This document shows, in pieces, positions 62,302 through 64,000 of a stretch of 64,000 nucleotides of DNA. The DNA lies in contig NW_024704750.1 in assembly GCF_018977255.1 (NCBI RefSeq), positions 13,764,001 through 13,828,000 on the forward strand, written 5' to 3'. Position 1 is the stretch's first letter. Each line of letters begins with the position of its first letter. The notes under the pieces were generated by a model. The model was given only the letters and a program-made list of their open reading frames with translations, ran no database searches and was not told the origin of the DNA. The position numbers and the translations under genes are program-made. The DNA is from Callorhinchus milii (taxonomy: Eukaryota).

Positions 62302-63061
62302 CTAGAGACAAAAGAGAATGTGTTGTGAAATACTGAAATGAAGCAGCATTGTACTGAATCCTCTGAGTGACAAGAACAAAAAAAATTGTCAAGAATGGCC
62401 ATTCAGGTGCCATAACATTTTAAGAATTTTATTTCAGCCCAACACTCACCAATTGCAATACAATTGCAGTTCAGCAATACAATTTACATTATACAGCTCC
62501 TTTCACATCAGGAGGGCATCTCAAAGTGTTTGGGGCTGAGCACTGAAATCCCATACCACCTCGTCATCATTTTAAGATACTGCAGTGCTCTTTCAATGAG
62601 TACAGATTAATAGCTAGAAGCACTCCAACATCAAGGTCTATTATTTCTGGTTTAAAAACAAACATCGGAGCTTTAACCCTTCCCCCGCAAAGAGATGACA
62701 GATATTCCGATATGGCTCACAAACATCGACTTTGTGAGCCTTCTCCGTGTATTCTTTCAAATCTCTTTAGTCCAGATCCCCAAATTCAGCTGTACGTGAT
62801 CCCCAAATTCAGCTAGCCCAATTTCACTTTTGATCTCATGGTCTTTTCTGTATATAAATATACAGAAATCATTGCATAACTCTTGTACAGCTTTGATCAC
62901 TGTAAGGCATTAAAAAAAACAAATCAACTGACTGAATTTTAAAACATTAAAAGCCTTCCCCGTACGTGTTTGCAGTGACCTGAAGTCTATATGGATTTTA
63001 CTTTTTATTTGTTTTATCCTTATTTACATTTCCTATTTTAATTGGTCTCAAGTAGTTAATG

Positions 63062-63378
63062 TGGAGTCCTGTAGCTCAGTGGTTAGAGCACTCGCTTTGC
63101 AAGTGAGAGACCTGAGTTCAATTCCAGGCAGGGCAAAACCTTGGGCAAGCTTCCTTACTCCACACGCCTAATAATAATCCCTCCAAAAACAAAAAAAACA
63201 ATAATAAATTGGTCATTTTCAATCCATGACTGTTTGTGGGACATTGCTGTGCACAATTAGCTGCCGCGTTCGCCCACAAATATACAGTCAATTCACTTTA
63301 CAGTATATTCTGTAAAGCGCTTTGGGATGTCCTCCCACGTGAAAAGTGCTATATCAAATGCAAGGATTATTATTATTA
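63062..63378 (+). mobile_element. Full-length tRNA-Ala-derived SINE (short subfamily)
   Basis: GGAGTCCTGTAGCTCAGTGGTTAGAGC..TTTGCAA..GAGTTCAATTCC head; tail gcgctttgggatgtcctcccacgtgaaaagtgctatatcaaatgcaaggattattatta. Confidence 0.88.
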
Positions 63379-64000
63379 ATGACGATTCTTGCATTTGATA
63401 GATTCCTTATAATGTCAAGAATATTTCAAAACTCATCACAAAAGAAGTGTAGTTACTGTGTATTATAGATGAATGCGGCAGCCAATTTGCTCATTGCAAT
63501 GTCACTCAAACAGCCATGAAATGACCAATGTTTATCTGAAGGATTATTAGTTAGGATCAAATGAGCACCTTTATTAGTGGATCATTTTATTACTGTTAAA
63601 TTCAACCTTTTAGTTGTAAACCAATAACACACTCCATTTTTCTAAACGATGCGCAGTAACAAAAACATTGCTGGACGTTCCCTGTCTGGTCAGTACTTGT
63701 GCAAAGGCGAAAATGGGGCAGCAGTTACTGTTTGGAGGCATTAAATTTGTATAGCGCCTTTCAAGTCGAGAGGAAGGTGCTGGACAGTCACGGATTTGGA
63801 CCCTGAAGGCAGAGAAGTTGCATTGATGCACCTCTCGAGAGCTTTGGAGAGAAGCGAGGGAGAGTATATTATTTGGGGAGAAGGCGCAATAGAGAGGAAT
63901 AAAAACAGGAGATAAAACAAACAGTTGTGTTTGAATGGCAGTTGAAAAAAATAAGTAAAAGATAGAATGGATGAGATAAAAGAGTACAGTAGAGATGGGA

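Overview
Eukaryotic (vertebrate) genomic DNA, most likely a cartilaginous fish; this is inferred from the tRNA-Ala SINE, L2 and CR1 repeat landscape and from protein divergence, and is not proven. I reconstructed four intron-containing genes by hand from GT-AG boundaries and phase continuity. (1) MIA2/cTAGE5 (TALI), minus strand, 673-24620: 29 coding exons, about 2482 aa, with a 4249-nt exon and an internal CpG-island promoter for a short cTAGE5-like isoform. (2) PNN (pinin), minus strand, 30756-40193: 9 exons, 628 aa. (3) TRAPPC6B, plus strand, 42305-50549: 6 exons, 158 aa, divergent from PNN. (4) The last 7 coding exons of GEMIN2, minus strand, 54775-62301; the 5' part lies beyond the window. 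Order and orientation match the known vertebrate GEMIN2-TRAPPC6B-PNN-MIA2 block. Introns carry many SINEs, L2/CR1/RTE fragments and G-rich or other tandem repeats. I found no wholly new gene system. The best leads are: a much-expanded, internally repetitive MIA2 luminal domain; a SINE-donated polyA signal right behind a read-through stop (possible secreted isoform); a divergent TM exon; a duplicated ~115-bp element flanking the PNN last exon; an inverted repeat pair recording CpG methylation history; and an inverted young-SINE pair around four GEMIN2 exons.
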